DNA of 26,646 nucleotides from a virus (taxonomy: Duplodnaviria > Caudoviricetes). Below are positions 8,251-18,266 of this stretch, piece by piece. Every line of letters begins with the position of its first letter. Within the stretch, counting starts at the first letter, position 1. The stretch spans positions 1 to 26,646 of IMG/VR virus record IMGVR_UViG_3300031566_009901. One strand, given 5' to 3'. Below the pieces are notes generated by a model. It worked only from the letters and a program-made list of their open reading frames with translations, was not told the DNA's origin and did not search any database. The translations under genes and the position numbers were made by a program.

Positions 8251-8856
8251 ATGGATATATTGAATATCGCAGCAGGAAAAATGCCAGTCCTTGCAGATAT
8301 GGCAACCAGGTTCAAACAGGGAAAATTTCAAGTCAATTTAGATCTAAATTATTATAACAAAACTGAAATATCACAAGTTGAATGGAATTATCAACATCGT
8401 TCTCACAACCTACAAAGTGATATGGTATATTACTGCAACGAAGATGTATTTAAATTTCTAGAACGAACTGTAATGAATTTTGATGTAATTGCAATTTACA
8501 GATTTCTTGAGCACGTTTCTTTTACTCAAATATTATATTTCATATATTTAGTATCGACTGCTGTTCGTATTGATGGAATCGTTGATGTAATTGTTCCTAA
8601 TTATCACTCGTTAGCAGAAATGTTATTAGATGATACTACTGATAGTCCGGAGTTTGAGGAACGAAATATTTTATTGACAACAGAACTATTAAATGAACCA
8701 TCAAACCCCCACGCTTCTATATGGACTCCACAACGAGCATCTTATTTTTGGGAATTTGAAGGTCGATTTACAGTTGATGAAAAGACAATAGATCCTCATT
8801 TTGTCTATGATGGTCGTAATATATATCTAAGATTCCAAGCAAAGAGAGTGTCATAA
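8251..8856 (+). CDS. Class I SAM-dependent methyltransferase-like protein
   Basis: LNIAAGK (motif I-like), FDVIAIYRFLEHV, and AVRIDGIVDVIVPN (cf. LKPGG.L.I.VP); AGGAGG SD. Confidence 0.7.
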   Translation: MDILNIAAGKMPVLADMATRFKQGKFQVNLDLNYYNKTEISQVEWNYQHRSHNLQSDMVYYCNEDVFKFLERTVMNFDVIAIYRFLEHVSFTQILYFIYLVSTAVRIDGIVDVIVPNYHSLAEMLLDDTTDSPEFEERNILLTTELLNEPSNPHASIWTPQRASYFWEFEGRFTVDEKTIDPHFVYDGRNIYLRFQAKRVS

Positions 8857-9203
8857 TGCCGCTCGCAGTACCATCCCTTAGACGACCTCTTATTAACCGA
8901 CAAAACTCATATCGCGACAGTCTTTTTATGGCAGATTTTATGATAGCATTAACAAGAGATAGGAATAATCCGAAAGAAAGATTTGTAAAAATATTAAAAA
9001 ACAGATATACTGGTGAAACTGGTAGAGCAGATCCAAAGTTAACTATTGAACTTTGTGCTCGTATGATTGCTATGTCTGTTTTCGGAGAGACGTTAAAATT
9101 ATTTCGAATTGAATTAGAAGAAGCAATAAAAGAAACCATAATGAAAAAAATAGGAGACTCACATGATCCCTTTCGCACAAAGAGCACAGGAGATGGGACT
9201 TGA
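8856..9203 (+). CDS. Small protein resembling the C-terminal end of a DnaB/T4 gp41-type helicase
   Basis: ADFMIALTR...VKILKNRYTGETG matches the SF4 helicase end motif with the KNR arginine finger; no Walker motifs; TAATG coupling. Confidence 0.5.
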   Translation: MPLAVPSLRRPLINRQNSYRDSLFMADFMIALTRDRNNPKERFVKILKNRYTGETGRADPKLTIELCARMIAMSVFGETLKLFRIELEEAIKETIMKKIGDSHDPFRTKSTGDGT

Positions 9204-10083
9204 TGTTTCATCATCCTACAAAGGTTTGTATTCATATGAAGATCGTTATTCAAAAGTTGTATATAGAGAATTAGGAGCCTCGCAACCGCATCTGGATCCA
9301 CAACATCATCCGACCGATGGAGCTGAAGTTCCAATGATTGGCGTTTGGACAGCACCCCCACAAACTAATAATTATAGTTATGTCGGGTACGTTTCAAACA
9401 TCTATAAATTTGTTGGTAATGAACTTATCATTGATCGAGTTCGTAATGCCTTAGAAGAAGTCGGCACCCCTATACTTAAAATTGCAACACATCTTCTTTA
9501 TGATCTAACTGCAATCAGAGAAGAAACTGTATTAAGAAGTAGTCTCAGTTCTCCACAAGCAGGTGATATTAACCCTGTAATGATTATTGGAAATAGTTAT
9601 AACGGAACAAAAGCAGCAACTGTTGCTTTCGGTATAGCTGTTGATGGTGGAGAGATTATTGGCCAAACAATATTCGGTTTCTCACTTGGTGAGATGAAGA
9701 TGATTCATATTGCAAGCAATAATACAAGATTATCTTCAGGTATCAATCAATATCTTGAAGTTTTCAATAATCATATTTTAGATATGATTGATAGAAGCTT
9801 CAATACAATATTAACCCAAGATCAGATGTTTGGAACTCTTGATGTTATTGAAAAATATGGCAAAAAGAGAAGAAAACAAATAACCGATATATTAACATCA
9901 ATGCAACCACCTCCAAGAGAAGGTCAACCTCCAGCATTGCCAAGTGCATGGCAAGTCTTTTTATCTATTACAAGGTATTGCGCTCTTGAACCAAATTTGA
10001 ATATGAAAAGACTTTTGGAGAACATTGCTGAAAGCGTTTTAGTCGTTCCGACTCGAATGTATGAGGTCTTAGGGCAATTATGA
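9163..10083 (+). CDS. Hypothetical protein, possibly DUF932-like
   Basis: 306-aa ORF with AGGAG SD. VGYVSNIYK and IIGNSYNGTKAA resemble the DUF932 V...Y and NSHDGS motifs. Confidence 0.55.
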   Translation: MIPFAQRAQEMGLDVSSSYKGLYSYEDRYSKVVYRELGASQPHLDPQHHPTDGAEVPMIGVWTAPPQTNNYSYVGYVSNIYKFVGNELIIDRVRNALEEVGTPILKIATHLLYDLTAIREETVLRSSLSSPQAGDINPVMIIGNSYNGTKAATVAFGIAVDGGEIIGQTIFGFSLGEMKMIHIASNNTRLSSGINQYLEVFNNHILDMIDRSFNTILTQDQMFGTLDVIEKYGKKRRKQITDILTSMQPPPREGQPPALPSAWQVFLSITRYCALEPNLNMKRLLENIAESVLVVPTRMYEVLGQL

Positions 10084-10337
10084 AAACTATAAAAGATGAG
10101 GAATACAGCTTCAATCATGTAAAACAACGATTAATGGAAAGACATAATCTCGACATTGATCGCGATTTTTATGATAGAATGAATAAAGATATTGCCCCGT
10201 ATATATCAAATAGCCGATTTGATTACGAAACTGATAATAATGGGGAACAAGAAGTTCATACAATATCTATTAAAAACAAGATTGTTAAAGTTGTATTCTC
10301 ACTTTCTAAAGATCGTATAACAACTGTATTACCATAA
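10080..10337 (+). CDS. Small protein with H..QR..ER...ITTVLP pattern (RelE/DUF4258-like fold possible)
   Basis: 85 aa, ATGA coupled; HVKQRLMERH and C-terminal VVF...ITTVLP. Confidence 0.55.
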   Translation: MKTIKDEEYSFNHVKQRLMERHNLDIDRDFYDRMNKDIAPYISNSRFDYETDNNGEQEVHTISIKNKIVKVVFSLSKDRITTVLP

Positions 10338-10340
10338 AAG

Positions 10341-10372
10341 AATGGGGCAGAGAAATCTGCTTCATTTTTTTT
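10341..10372 (+). terminator. Rho-independent terminator ending the RNAP/metabolism operon
   Basis: AATGGGGCAGA-GAAA-TCTGCTTCATT stem with a GNRA loop followed by a T-run, 4 nt after the stop at 10337. Confidence 0.85.
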
Positions 10373-10388
10373 CGTTCGATTTTTTTTG

Positions 10389-10398
10389 GAACAAAATA
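10389..10398 (+). promoter_or_regulatory. Candidate late promoter motif GAACAAAATA
   Basis: Intergenic, after the terminator and ~30 nt before the first structural gene; recurs at 11672 (+) and 25236-25245 (-). Confidence 0.55.
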
Positions 10399-10428
10399 AT
10401 GTAAATAAAAAATAAGGGGAGTTCGTTT

Positions 10429-11664
10429 ATGGCATCAAGTTATTGGTCACCATCGAGAACATATGAGTTTGAAGTGAAGGTATCAGATAGAGACCTCACT
10501 CCCGATCTTATCAAATTAACTATTTTAACTTCAATAGATTTGCCATATCAAACATTTTTATTAGAATTTTTTATGAATCAAAATGATTTGATATTAGAAA
10601 AAATATATGGGCAAGAAGAGATCAAGTTGACAATAAAATTATTCGGAACGGCGCCAAACATCCCAACTGATATAATTGAGATAAGTTTAATGAGTTTGTC
10701 AAGCGAAATCCCATTAACTATGCAAAATACAATACAGACCAATACTGACGTTAAAAGAGCTCCAATATCAATATCAGCTGTTTCTCGAAAAGCATTTACT
10801 ACAATGTCAACGTATGTAAATGAAGTTTATGAAAGAGCATCTGTCGGATATGTTATTGAAGATATAGTATCAAAAGCTAAAGGTCTAATAAGACAAGATT
10901 CCACAGGAAGAAATCTAGATATCTTAGATCAAGTAATTGTTCCTCCTACTACACTATATCAAGCTATAAAACATCTAAATAGGACTTTTGGAGTATTTAA
11001 TGGATGGTTAGGATTATGGTGTACATATGATAATAAAGTCTATTTGAAAAATTTAACAAATAAAATGAAATCATCTTATTTATTTTCTGTTTATCAATTA
11101 GCAGGTAATATTGATAATTCTAAAATTATAGAAACATTAAATGATACCGTATACTATACAACATATGATATTGAAACCTCATATACAGGCAATACAAAAT
11201 TTGCTGTTTTTGCTCCAACTATGAAGCATATTGTAAAACCCAAAGATAAATTAAGTCAAACTATTCAGTTAGAATTAGAAACTTTCGCTAAACAATATGG
11301 TTTAGTATCACAAAAAAATAAAATATTTTTTGACAATCAAGCTATGTCTCTAACCAACAGACAAAGAATATATAAAGATCATACAGGATATGAATCTAGC
11401 CAGTCATTTATAAATGCAAATATGGCAGAAGAAATAGGAGATTTATCTGAAATAAGAATAAAATTAGAGCGAAATTTAAAGTTACAAAATCTAATGAATG
11501 TTGGAGAAGCAGTATCTTTCACTTCCAAAATTGATGATTATAAAGATCTCACAGGAATATATATCATGCGAGCAACACAGTTGAATTTTTCCAAAGCAAA
11601 AGATTGGGAATCTTCAGCCGATTTAAGATTAATTAGGACGAATCGAATTATATCGAAGGGTTAA
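10429..11664 (+). CDS. Virion structural protein, probable baseplate hub (T4 gp27/late control D-like)
   Basis: 411 aa, beta-rich, with C-terminal NVGEAVSF...LTGIYIMRATQLNF typical of hub proteins; first gene of the late block. Confidence 0.5.
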   Translation: MASSYWSPSRTYEFEVKVSDRDLTPDLIKLTILTSIDLPYQTFLLEFFMNQNDLILEKIYGQEEIKLTIKLFGTAPNIPTDIIEISLMSLSSEIPLTMQNTIQTNTDVKRAPISISAVSRKAFTTMSTYVNEVYERASVGYVIEDIVSKAKGLIRQDSTGRNLDILDQVIVPPTTLYQAIKHLNRTFGVFNGWLGLWCTYDNKVYLKNLTNKMKSSYLFSVYQLAGNIDNSKIIETLNDTVYYTTYDIETSYTGNTKFAVFAPTMKHIVKPKDKLSQTIQLELETFAKQYGLVSQKNKIFFDNQAMSLTNRQRIYKDHTGYESSQSFINANMAEEIGDLSEIRIKLERNLKLQNLMNVGEAVSFTSKIDDYKDLTGIYIMRATQLNFSKAKDWESSADLRLIRTNRIISKG

Positions 11665-11671
11665 AAACTTA

Positions 11672-11680
11672 GAACAAATA
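11672..11680 (+). promoter_or_regulatory. Candidate late promoter motif GAACAAATA
   Basis: Lies in the 30-nt gap before terL; variant of the 10389 and 25236 motif. Confidence 0.5.
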
Positions 11681-11694
11681 TTAAAGAGGGTTAT

Positions 11695-13344
11695 ATGTCC
11701 ATACAACTAAAAAGGTTAGCTCAAAAATACATAGAGGAATTTCTAAAGTGTAAATCCTCGTTCGACTATTTCTGCCGAAATTACATTCTAATCGAACTGC
11801 CTGGAAGAGATGAAAAATTAATTCCTTATCAGAAACAAACTGAGTTAATAGATCTAGTTCAACTTTATCATTATGTTCTTGTTTTAAAGAGTAGGCAAAT
11901 TGGAATATCAACAGTCATTCAAGCTTATTCAGCTTGGTTAACTATATTTTTTAACAATGTTGTAATAGGAATTATTTCAAAAGATGGGAAGGAAGCAACC
12001 GATTTTGCAAGAGCAATTAGAGGAATGATAGAGAAACTTCCTGATTGGATGAAACCATTAAAGGGTATACTAGGTAGAGGGTTTGCAAAAAGAACTGAAC
12101 AATCATTTATTTTAACAAATGGTAGTAAAGTCTTCGCTTCACCAGTAAACCCAAATGCTCCAGAGAAGACACTTCGTGGTAAAGCAATCACATTTTTGGT
12201 TATCGACGAAGCTGCATTTGTTAACTATGTTGATACCGCTTGGACTTCAATGGTTCCTGCTCTATCAACCAATCAGATGCAAGCTCGTAAAGTCGGGATT
12301 CCTTATGGGACAGTTGTTCTTTCAACTCCTAATAAAACAATTGGTGTTGGTCAATGGTATTTTGAAAGATATTTGAAGTCAATTTCTGGAAATGATATTT
12401 TTCATCCATTTGTTATTCATTGGAAAATGATTCCTGAGCTTGCACAGGATCCTGAATGGTATAATACACAATGTAGATTATTCGACCATGACAAAAAGAA
12501 AATCGCACAGGAGTTGGAATTAAAATTCTTACCGGCAGAGGGTTCATTCTTTGAAGCAGATACAGTTGAAAAGATGCAGGATGGTGCTGTCAAACCTAAG
12601 CAAAAAATCAAACTTTATAATGGAGAAATATGGGAATTTTCTGATGCAATTCCTGGAACAAATTACATCATAGGGGTCGATACAGCTCCTGAGCATGGAA
12701 CAGATAAATCTGCTATTACAGTTTGGGATTATCAAACTCTAGAACAAGTATGGGAATATCAAGGTAAATGTAAAGTCCTTGATTTTGTAAATGTTGTTAA
12801 AATTGCAGCAACAACATACAAAAATTCTGTAATAGTTGTAGAATCGAACTCATATGGAAATCAAGTTGTAGAGCATTTAAATGCAAGCGAATACTGTTCA
12901 CAATTATATAAAGAAAAACGAGGGAACAATACATTAGTTCCAGGTCTGTCAACTAATTCAAAAACTAGACCATTAATGATTGACGCTCTCTATTCATATA
13001 TAACTCAATATCCTGAATCTGTTAAGTCTGAAAGATTAGCATTAGAATTAACAGGACTCGTATCTAAATCTAATGGAAAAGTTGAAGCAGATACAGGGTG
13101 TACTGACGATATTGCCTTATCAGCATCTTTATGTTTTTATGTTAGAAAATATGATCCACCTTTAGCATTATTAATGAACATGACAGACGGTTCAATGATA
13201 GCAAATGATCTCAAAGATATTCTAGCATTTAACATGGAAGATAGTGGTGTTCAATTTACAGACCAAAGTATTATGAAATATGTTAAAAGTAGACCACAAG
13301 ATGTACACGGATTTGTAGATACGATAAGTTTCTTTAAGGAGTAA
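11695..13344 (+). CDS. terL: Terminase large subunit (T4 gp17-like)
   Basis: Walker A KSRQIGIST, Walker B LVIDEAAF, coupling motif LSTPN, nuclease IIGVDTA, VVESN and DDIALS. Confidence 0.95.
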   Translation: MSIQLKRLAQKYIEEFLKCKSSFDYFCRNYILIELPGRDEKLIPYQKQTELIDLVQLYHYVLVLKSRQIGISTVIQAYSAWLTIFFNNVVIGIISKDGKEATDFARAIRGMIEKLPDWMKPLKGILGRGFAKRTEQSFILTNGSKVFASPVNPNAPEKTLRGKAITFLVIDEAAFVNYVDTAWTSMVPALSTNQMQARKVGIPYGTVVLSTPNKTIGVGQWYFERYLKSISGNDIFHPFVIHWKMIPELAQDPEWYNTQCRLFDHDKKKIAQELELKFLPAEGSFFEADTVEKMQDGAVKPKQKIKLYNGEIWEFSDAIPGTNYIIGVDTAPEHGTDKSAITVWDYQTLEQVWEYQGKCKVLDFVNVVKIAATTYKNSVIVVESNSYGNQVVEHLNASEYCSQLYKEKRGNNTLVPGLSTNSKTRPLMIDALYSYITQYPESVKSERLALELTGLVSKSNGKVEADTGCTDDIALSASLCFYVRKYDPPLALLMNMTDGSMIANDLKDILAFNMEDSGVQFTDQSIMKYVKSRPQDVHGFVDTISFFKE

Positions 13345-13348
13345 TAAC

Positions 13349-14233
13349 ATGACTGAAAATGTCCAGGAATTATTTGCGCCCCCTATTGGACTCAAATTAG
13401 TTGATGTTGTTGATGGAATGAAATTATATTCATCAGCAAAACTATTCAAAAAGTTTTTATTTGCATTTGAGAAATCTAGTAGAGGTAGCGACAAAGTTGA
13501 TTTAATCGACAAGTTAATGAAAAAAGGACTTTTAATCCCATGTTTTAAATCAAAGGGTACATTAGGATTTTTAAAACAGAAATTTTTTGGAAGCCAAGAT
13601 TCAAAAGCGATTCTTGGAATGTATCATCTTGAAAATAAAAGAGTTTATGTTTTAATTGATAACAATTCCACCATCTTTGGAACATCATCAAATGATGAAA
13701 TAGTATCTACTACTTTACACGAATGTATGCATTTAGCAGCAGGAAAAAACATGAAACAATTTCTGAAAGTGATGATGCCAACTCTAAGAAAATATTATTC
13801 TGAATTATTTACAGAAATATTTTCTCTAAAATCAGTTCCGAACATTGATGAAATTATATATCATATAGCATCATATGAAAGCGCAGAAACAGTAAATACA
13901 AATAAGAAACTAACTCAATATTATAATATGCTTTATGATACGTTTAAACCTCAAACAAAATTAGAGGAAACACCATTTAGATTACAATTACAAAATTATA
14001 TTGTATCAATGAAGATCTTTTTTGTAAGTTTTCCATCGTTTGTAAGATCATATAGAAAATGGCAAAGTATATTTATAGAATTAAATCATGCATACACAAA
14101 AACATTTGGGAAACGTAATACATATACTTCACCATTTCAAGAATTAGTTTCTGTCTCGGAAGTAGCTTGTGTTATGGCAGAAATGATATCTAAAGATTCA
14201 AGAGTAAAATCTATATTAAAGATAGTCGCATAA
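13349..14233 (+). CDS. Putative zincin metallopeptidase-like protein (HExxH)
   Basis: TTLHECMHLA motif with a later FQEL..SE possible third ligand; AAGGAG SD. Confidence 0.55.
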   Translation: MTENVQELFAPPIGLKLVDVVDGMKLYSSAKLFKKFLFAFEKSSRGSDKVDLIDKLMKKGLLIPCFKSKGTLGFLKQKFFGSQDSKAILGMYHLENKRVYVLIDNNSTIFGTSSNDEIVSTTLHECMHLAAGKNMKQFLKVMMPTLRKYYSELFTEIFSLKSVPNIDEIIYHIASYESAETVNTNKKLTQYYNMLYDTFKPQTKLEETPFRLQLQNYIVSMKIFFVSFPSFVRSYRKWQSIFIELNHAYTKTFGKRNTYTSPFQELVSVSEVACVMAEMISKDSRVKSILKIVA

Positions 14234-14245
14234 GGAGATTAATGG

Positions 14246-16954
14246 ATGGCTAATGATAAACGTCAAGAGCCAGGTAGTATAACTAAAACGTCTGATGCCC
14301 AACAAGAAAGGATATCCGGCATAAGTAATGTATCTAATACTATTACACAAATGCAAAAGACTACCCAACGACAAATTGAAGAAACCGATGAGTCCATAAA
14401 CTACGGGCAAGCTCCGGAATCATCAGCAAGACAGATGAATGGAGTCCTTTCACGTTTCGGAGAAACAATCACAGCATTTACAAAAGGTATTCAAGACATT
14501 TCGATGAGTACAGCACGTGCGACTAAAGATGCTATTGGTCAATATGGAAAAGCTATTGGTCAAGATATAAACTATAATAAACAAAATATGGTTGCTATGG
14601 CACTAGCAAGAACAACTCCATTATTCGGTTATTTCGCTGCTAAATTTATGGAGACTGATGTTTTCCAAAAAGCAAAAGAGAGAATGAAAGAATCAATTGC
14701 CGGTGCATTTAAAGGAATTGGTTCTAGTGTTGCAAGTATATTTAGAGGAAAAGAAAAAGCTGACGGTAGAAAAGATCCTGTTCCGAAAATGGCTCGTGGT
14801 GGATATGTTGAAAAGGGAGGTATGGTTGAAGTCCACCCTGCTGAAGTTGTAATACCGATAGAAAAGATTCTTGCAAGAATTGATGATTCAATATCCGCTG
14901 GTCGTGAAATTTCTGAGATTGCTCAAAAAAGTCAAATAAGATCTCTAGCAAAAATGTCTGTATTTGTTGAAGCTGAAAGAGATAAAGAACCTGTTGGTAT
15001 GGTCAAAGGTTTCTTGAGAGCAATGAGAGAAACTCATTCTCAATATGAAGAACCATCTAATATTCGTCTCTTAAGAGCTGTGTTAGCTATACAAGATACT
15101 ATGGGCGCGACGGTTTCATCATGGCAACAAATATATACTAAAATGCTTATTGAACATCCGTACTTCAGACAACTTGCCTTTGTTATGAAAGGTGTCGGAA
15201 CTGTGTTTGGAATTCCATACAAACTTGTTTATAGATTTTTTAAACGAGAAGGAAGTTATCGAAGCCACCTATCAAATAGAAGTAATCCATTTGAAGCGCT
15301 AAATGAAAACGTCGCTGTATTATATACTGGAACAATGTGGAGATTGGATAATATTGCTAAATTTACAAAAATGACGGCGCAGACATCAAGAGATCTGGCA
15401 TCATTTGTAACGGGTAACAGATATCCAAAAGTTACGGGTATACCTATCGGTGGTTGGAGTGTTTTTAGTCTTTTAAGATCCGGTATAGGTTTAATATCTA
15501 AACCTTTTGCTTGGTTAGCAGATAAAACTAAAGTCGGAAAGTATTTAAATTATGCTTTAGAAAAACCATTTGTAAATGCTTGGGATAAAGTTTTTCAAAG
15601 ACAGGCTGAATTGCGACAACTTTATAATGGAGAAATTGATGTTCAACATCCTATAAATCAGATTGAACAGCTAATAATAGATCAAAAAAATAAAAAACTA
15701 CCTCCTCTTATAACAATAGATGCAGGTAAAGCACAAGAGGAAGTTGTAGACTTATTAGAAGGTATTGATTATCATTCAGAAACATCGGCTAAAGAATTAG
15801 ATAAAGCTAATAAAAGAGAAAAAAGAAAAGGAGTTCTTGGATTGTTTGGCATGTTAGGTGGCGGTATATTAAATATTGCTGGTTTAGCAATGGACTTTAT
15901 TAAAAATCTAATACCAACTAATCTTTTGTCTATGATAGCTGGTTTAATAACAGGAGCAGTTCCAACCGTTTTAGCAGGTTTAGTTGCATTGGGTGCAGGA
16001 GCAGCATTTGGAACATGGTTAGATAGATATTTTTTTCATCCTGCAAGAATGAAATCATTTAAAGAGATTGATATATTAACTCAACAGATAAAAGCTAAAA
16101 ATAATCTAGTAAAAGATAAAGCTACTAAAACTGTAGCTGATGAAACTGGAATGAAACGATATGATTCTGCACAAATATTAAAATTGACAGGCGGAATTTC
16201 AAAACTGGCTGAGCATCAGTCGGGAAGTGCAGTGACTAGAAAAAATAGAGCTCACGCATTAGGAATGGCAGGAAAACTTGCTCAAGAAGCAGTAGCCGAA
16301 TCACAATCTGAGTACCTGTTAAGTAATCTACATGAATATATGAACTACGATCCAGAAACCATTGAGATAATGAGACGAAGCTTCATTGGTTCCCCATCTG
16401 AACCACATTTTACTAAAAAAAAATGGTCGTTCCTTGGAAGTCAAATTGATAAAGGTGAAGTTAAAGCGTACGGAACTAAACGAGAAGCTGCATTCTTAAA
16501 ATTTCTTAAAGATAATGCAACTCCATTGACGGCTGAGCAACAAGCTGCTGTATTTAGTAAACATGCCAATCTTACCGAAAAAGGAATGAAAGTAGCAGGG
16601 GATGTAAAAAGTTGGGTCGCTGAAAAAGGGAAATGGGCAATAGATCAAACAGGGCAACTTGTTGAAAAAGCAACCGGTAAAGTTATCCAAGCAAAAGATA
16701 TAGCAAAAATGCAAGCATCCGACTTGACAGTAGCAAGTAAACTAATAGGTCAAGAAATGCAAAAAAGAGGGATGGAAGGATTACAAGGGTTAAAGACTCT
16801 TGGAGAGTCAGTAAATCAACAACTTCACCAAGTATCGAATGTAATCACTCAACAAGCAAGTAATGTAACCAGCGTATATAACTCAGGTGTAGATAAAGCA
16901 GGATCATTTATGGATGATCTGAGTAAGAGAGTTATGGCAGGTAACTTTCACTAA
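14246..16954 (+). CDS. Tape-measure-like tail protein
   Basis: 902 aa, helical, A/K/Q-rich; MARGGYV...HPAEVVIP motif common in tail/TMP proteins; Gly-rich hydrophobic segment around aa 530-595. Confidence 0.6.
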   Translation: MANDKRQEPGSITKTSDAQQERISGISNVSNTITQMQKTTQRQIEETDESINYGQAPESSARQMNGVLSRFGETITAFTKGIQDISMSTARATKDAIGQYGKAIGQDINYNKQNMVAMALARTTPLFGYFAAKFMETDVFQKAKERMKESIAGAFKGIGSSVASIFRGKEKADGRKDPVPKMARGGYVEKGGMVEVHPAEVVIPIEKILARIDDSISAGREISEIAQKSQIRSLAKMSVFVEAERDKEPVGMVKGFLRAMRETHSQYEEPSNIRLLRAVLAIQDTMGATVSSWQQIYTKMLIEHPYFRQLAFVMKGVGTVFGIPYKLVYRFFKREGSYRSHLSNRSNPFEALNENVAVLYTGTMWRLDNIAKFTKMTAQTSRDLASFVTGNRYPKVTGIPIGGWSVFSLLRSGIGLISKPFAWLADKTKVGKYLNYALEKPFVNAWDKVFQRQAELRQLYNGEIDVQHPINQIEQLIIDQKNKKLPPLITIDAGKAQEEVVDLLEGIDYHSETSAKELDKANKREKRKGVLGLFGMLGGGILNIAGLAMDFIKNLIPTNLLSMIAGLITGAVPTVLAGLVALGAGAAFGTWLDRYFFHPARMKSFKEIDILTQQIKAKNNLVKDKATKTVADETGMKRYDSAQILKLTGGISKLAEHQSGSAVTRKNRAHALGMAGKLAQEAVAESQSEYLLSNLHEYMNYDPETIEIMRRSFIGSPSEPHFTKKKWSFLGSQIDKGEVKAYGTKREAAFLKFLKDNATPLTAEQQAAVFSKHANLTEKGMKVAGDVKSWVAEKGKWAIDQTGQLVEKATGKVIQAKDIAKMQASDLTVASKLIGQEMQKRGMEGLQGLKTLGESVNQQLHQVSNVITQQASNVTSVYNSGVDKAGSFMDDLSKRVMAGNFH

Positions 16955-16967
16955 GGAGGATAAATAA

Positions 16968-18266
16968 ATGGCCAATAATTCTGGCGATTTAACCACAGTA
17001 GATTATGTTATTGGTATGCCTCCAATAACAACTAGAACTGGAGACAGTATACATACACAAAGGTCAGCAGAAGCTGTAAAGAATACTATGCCTGTTGCAA
17101 CTATCTATCCTGGGATTCCATCGTTTGAATTTGGTATAGATTTATTTACTAGACAAAATGCATTTAAACCTAGTTCTTTTAACGAAGATCTGCGATTTCA
17201 ACGGAAGACCACAAGAAATACAAATTTCTATCTTCCTATGTTGAGAGAACACGGTTATAACTTAGACGAGAGTATTCACAATCAAGGTTTAAAGGTAGCA
17301 TACATTGCTGATAACTTTCCAACAGATACATTCTCTAATGAATACGGGGAAAACTTTTTACAAAAATTTACTGATGTAGCTTCTGAGGGTGCAGCTTCAA
17401 TTGCACAAATGTTTGGAGCCAGAGATATAGGACAGGTTGCAAATAAAATGACTGGTGCCGCTAAAAAACAAGGTGGATTTGCTGCTCAGATGGCAGGAAT
17501 GGCAGATAAGGCGCGTGGTTATATAGACGATTTGGGAACTATGTTTAAAGAGTTCAGTCCTGCTGGTGCAAGAATGGCAGGAATGGTTAGCTCACTAATG
17601 GCTGGTTCAAGAATTGATTTTCCTATGGTTTGGAAAACCAGCGCCTTTCAACCATCATATACAATGACTATTAGATTATATAATCCAAATCCGGGAAATC
17701 CACAATCAACAAAAAAATACATTATTGCTCCTATTGCAGCATTGATGTTATTGGGAATTCCAATATCACAAGATGGAAGTACATATAGTTGGCCATTTCT
17801 TCATAAAGTTGAATGTAAAGGTATCTATAGTTTAGATCCAGCTTTTATTCAAAATATTACAGTTGTTAAAGGTGGTGATCAACAACAAATTTCTTGGAGA
17901 CAATCTCTTGGTCTTGTTGATGTTAGAATTGATTTTGGAAGTTTATTCAGTAGCATGTTAGCAACTGGAAATTCTACTGAAAAAACAAGACCAACTTTAA
18001 AAAATTATTTAAAAGCTATGGAAACCGAAAAACCAATTTATAATATCACAGGAGGTAATCTTCTTGATCCACAACCTCAAAAACCAATAAATACACAAGT
18101 AATTGGACCTGGTAGAAATCAACAGGCATTTACAAAACCTCAAGCAATCCTTGATGGCTCATCAGAAGAAAATAATGATATACCAGATAGAGTTCCACAA
18201 GCTATTAAAAATATTGCAACAAAGTTACAAGCTTTAATACCGTCTGGATTTAAGATTGATTTTTAA
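16968..18266 (+). CDS. Virion structural protein, possibly baseplate tail-tube initiator (gp48/gp54-like)
   Basis: Follows the TMP-like gene; FPMVWKTS...SYTMTIRLYNP...IQNITVVKGG...VDVRIDF is consistent with a tube-like fold; AAGGAGG SD. Confidence 0.45.
   Translation: MANNSGDLTTVDYVIGMPPITTRTGDSIHTQRSAEAVKNTMPVATIYPGIPSFEFGIDLFTRQNAFKPSSFNEDLRFQRKTTRNTNFYLPMLREHGYNLDESIHNQGLKVAYIADNFPTDTFSNEYGENFLQKFTDVASEGAASIAQMFGARDIGQVANKMTGAAKKQGGFAAQMAGMADKARGYIDDLGTMFKEFSPAGARMAGMVSSLMAGSRIDFPMVWKTSAFQPSYTMTIRLYNPNPGNPQSTKKYIIAPIAALMLLGIPISQDGSTYSWPFLHKVECKGIYSLDPAFIQNITVVKGGDQQQISWRQSLGLVDVRIDFGSLFSSMLATGNSTEKTRPTLKNYLKAMETEKPIYNITGGNLLDPQPQKPINTQVIGPGRNQQAFTKPQAILDGSSEENNDIPDRVPQAIKNIATKLQALIPSGFKIDF

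Noticed and set aside
709-15222. Short antisense or nested ORFs in the track (e.g. 709-933, 1512-1715, 2151-2405, 7582-7971, 8768-9361, 11925-12191, 12155-12376, 13222-13512)
   Set aside because: They lie within or opposite well-supported genes and have no recognisable motifs; typical shadow ORFs.
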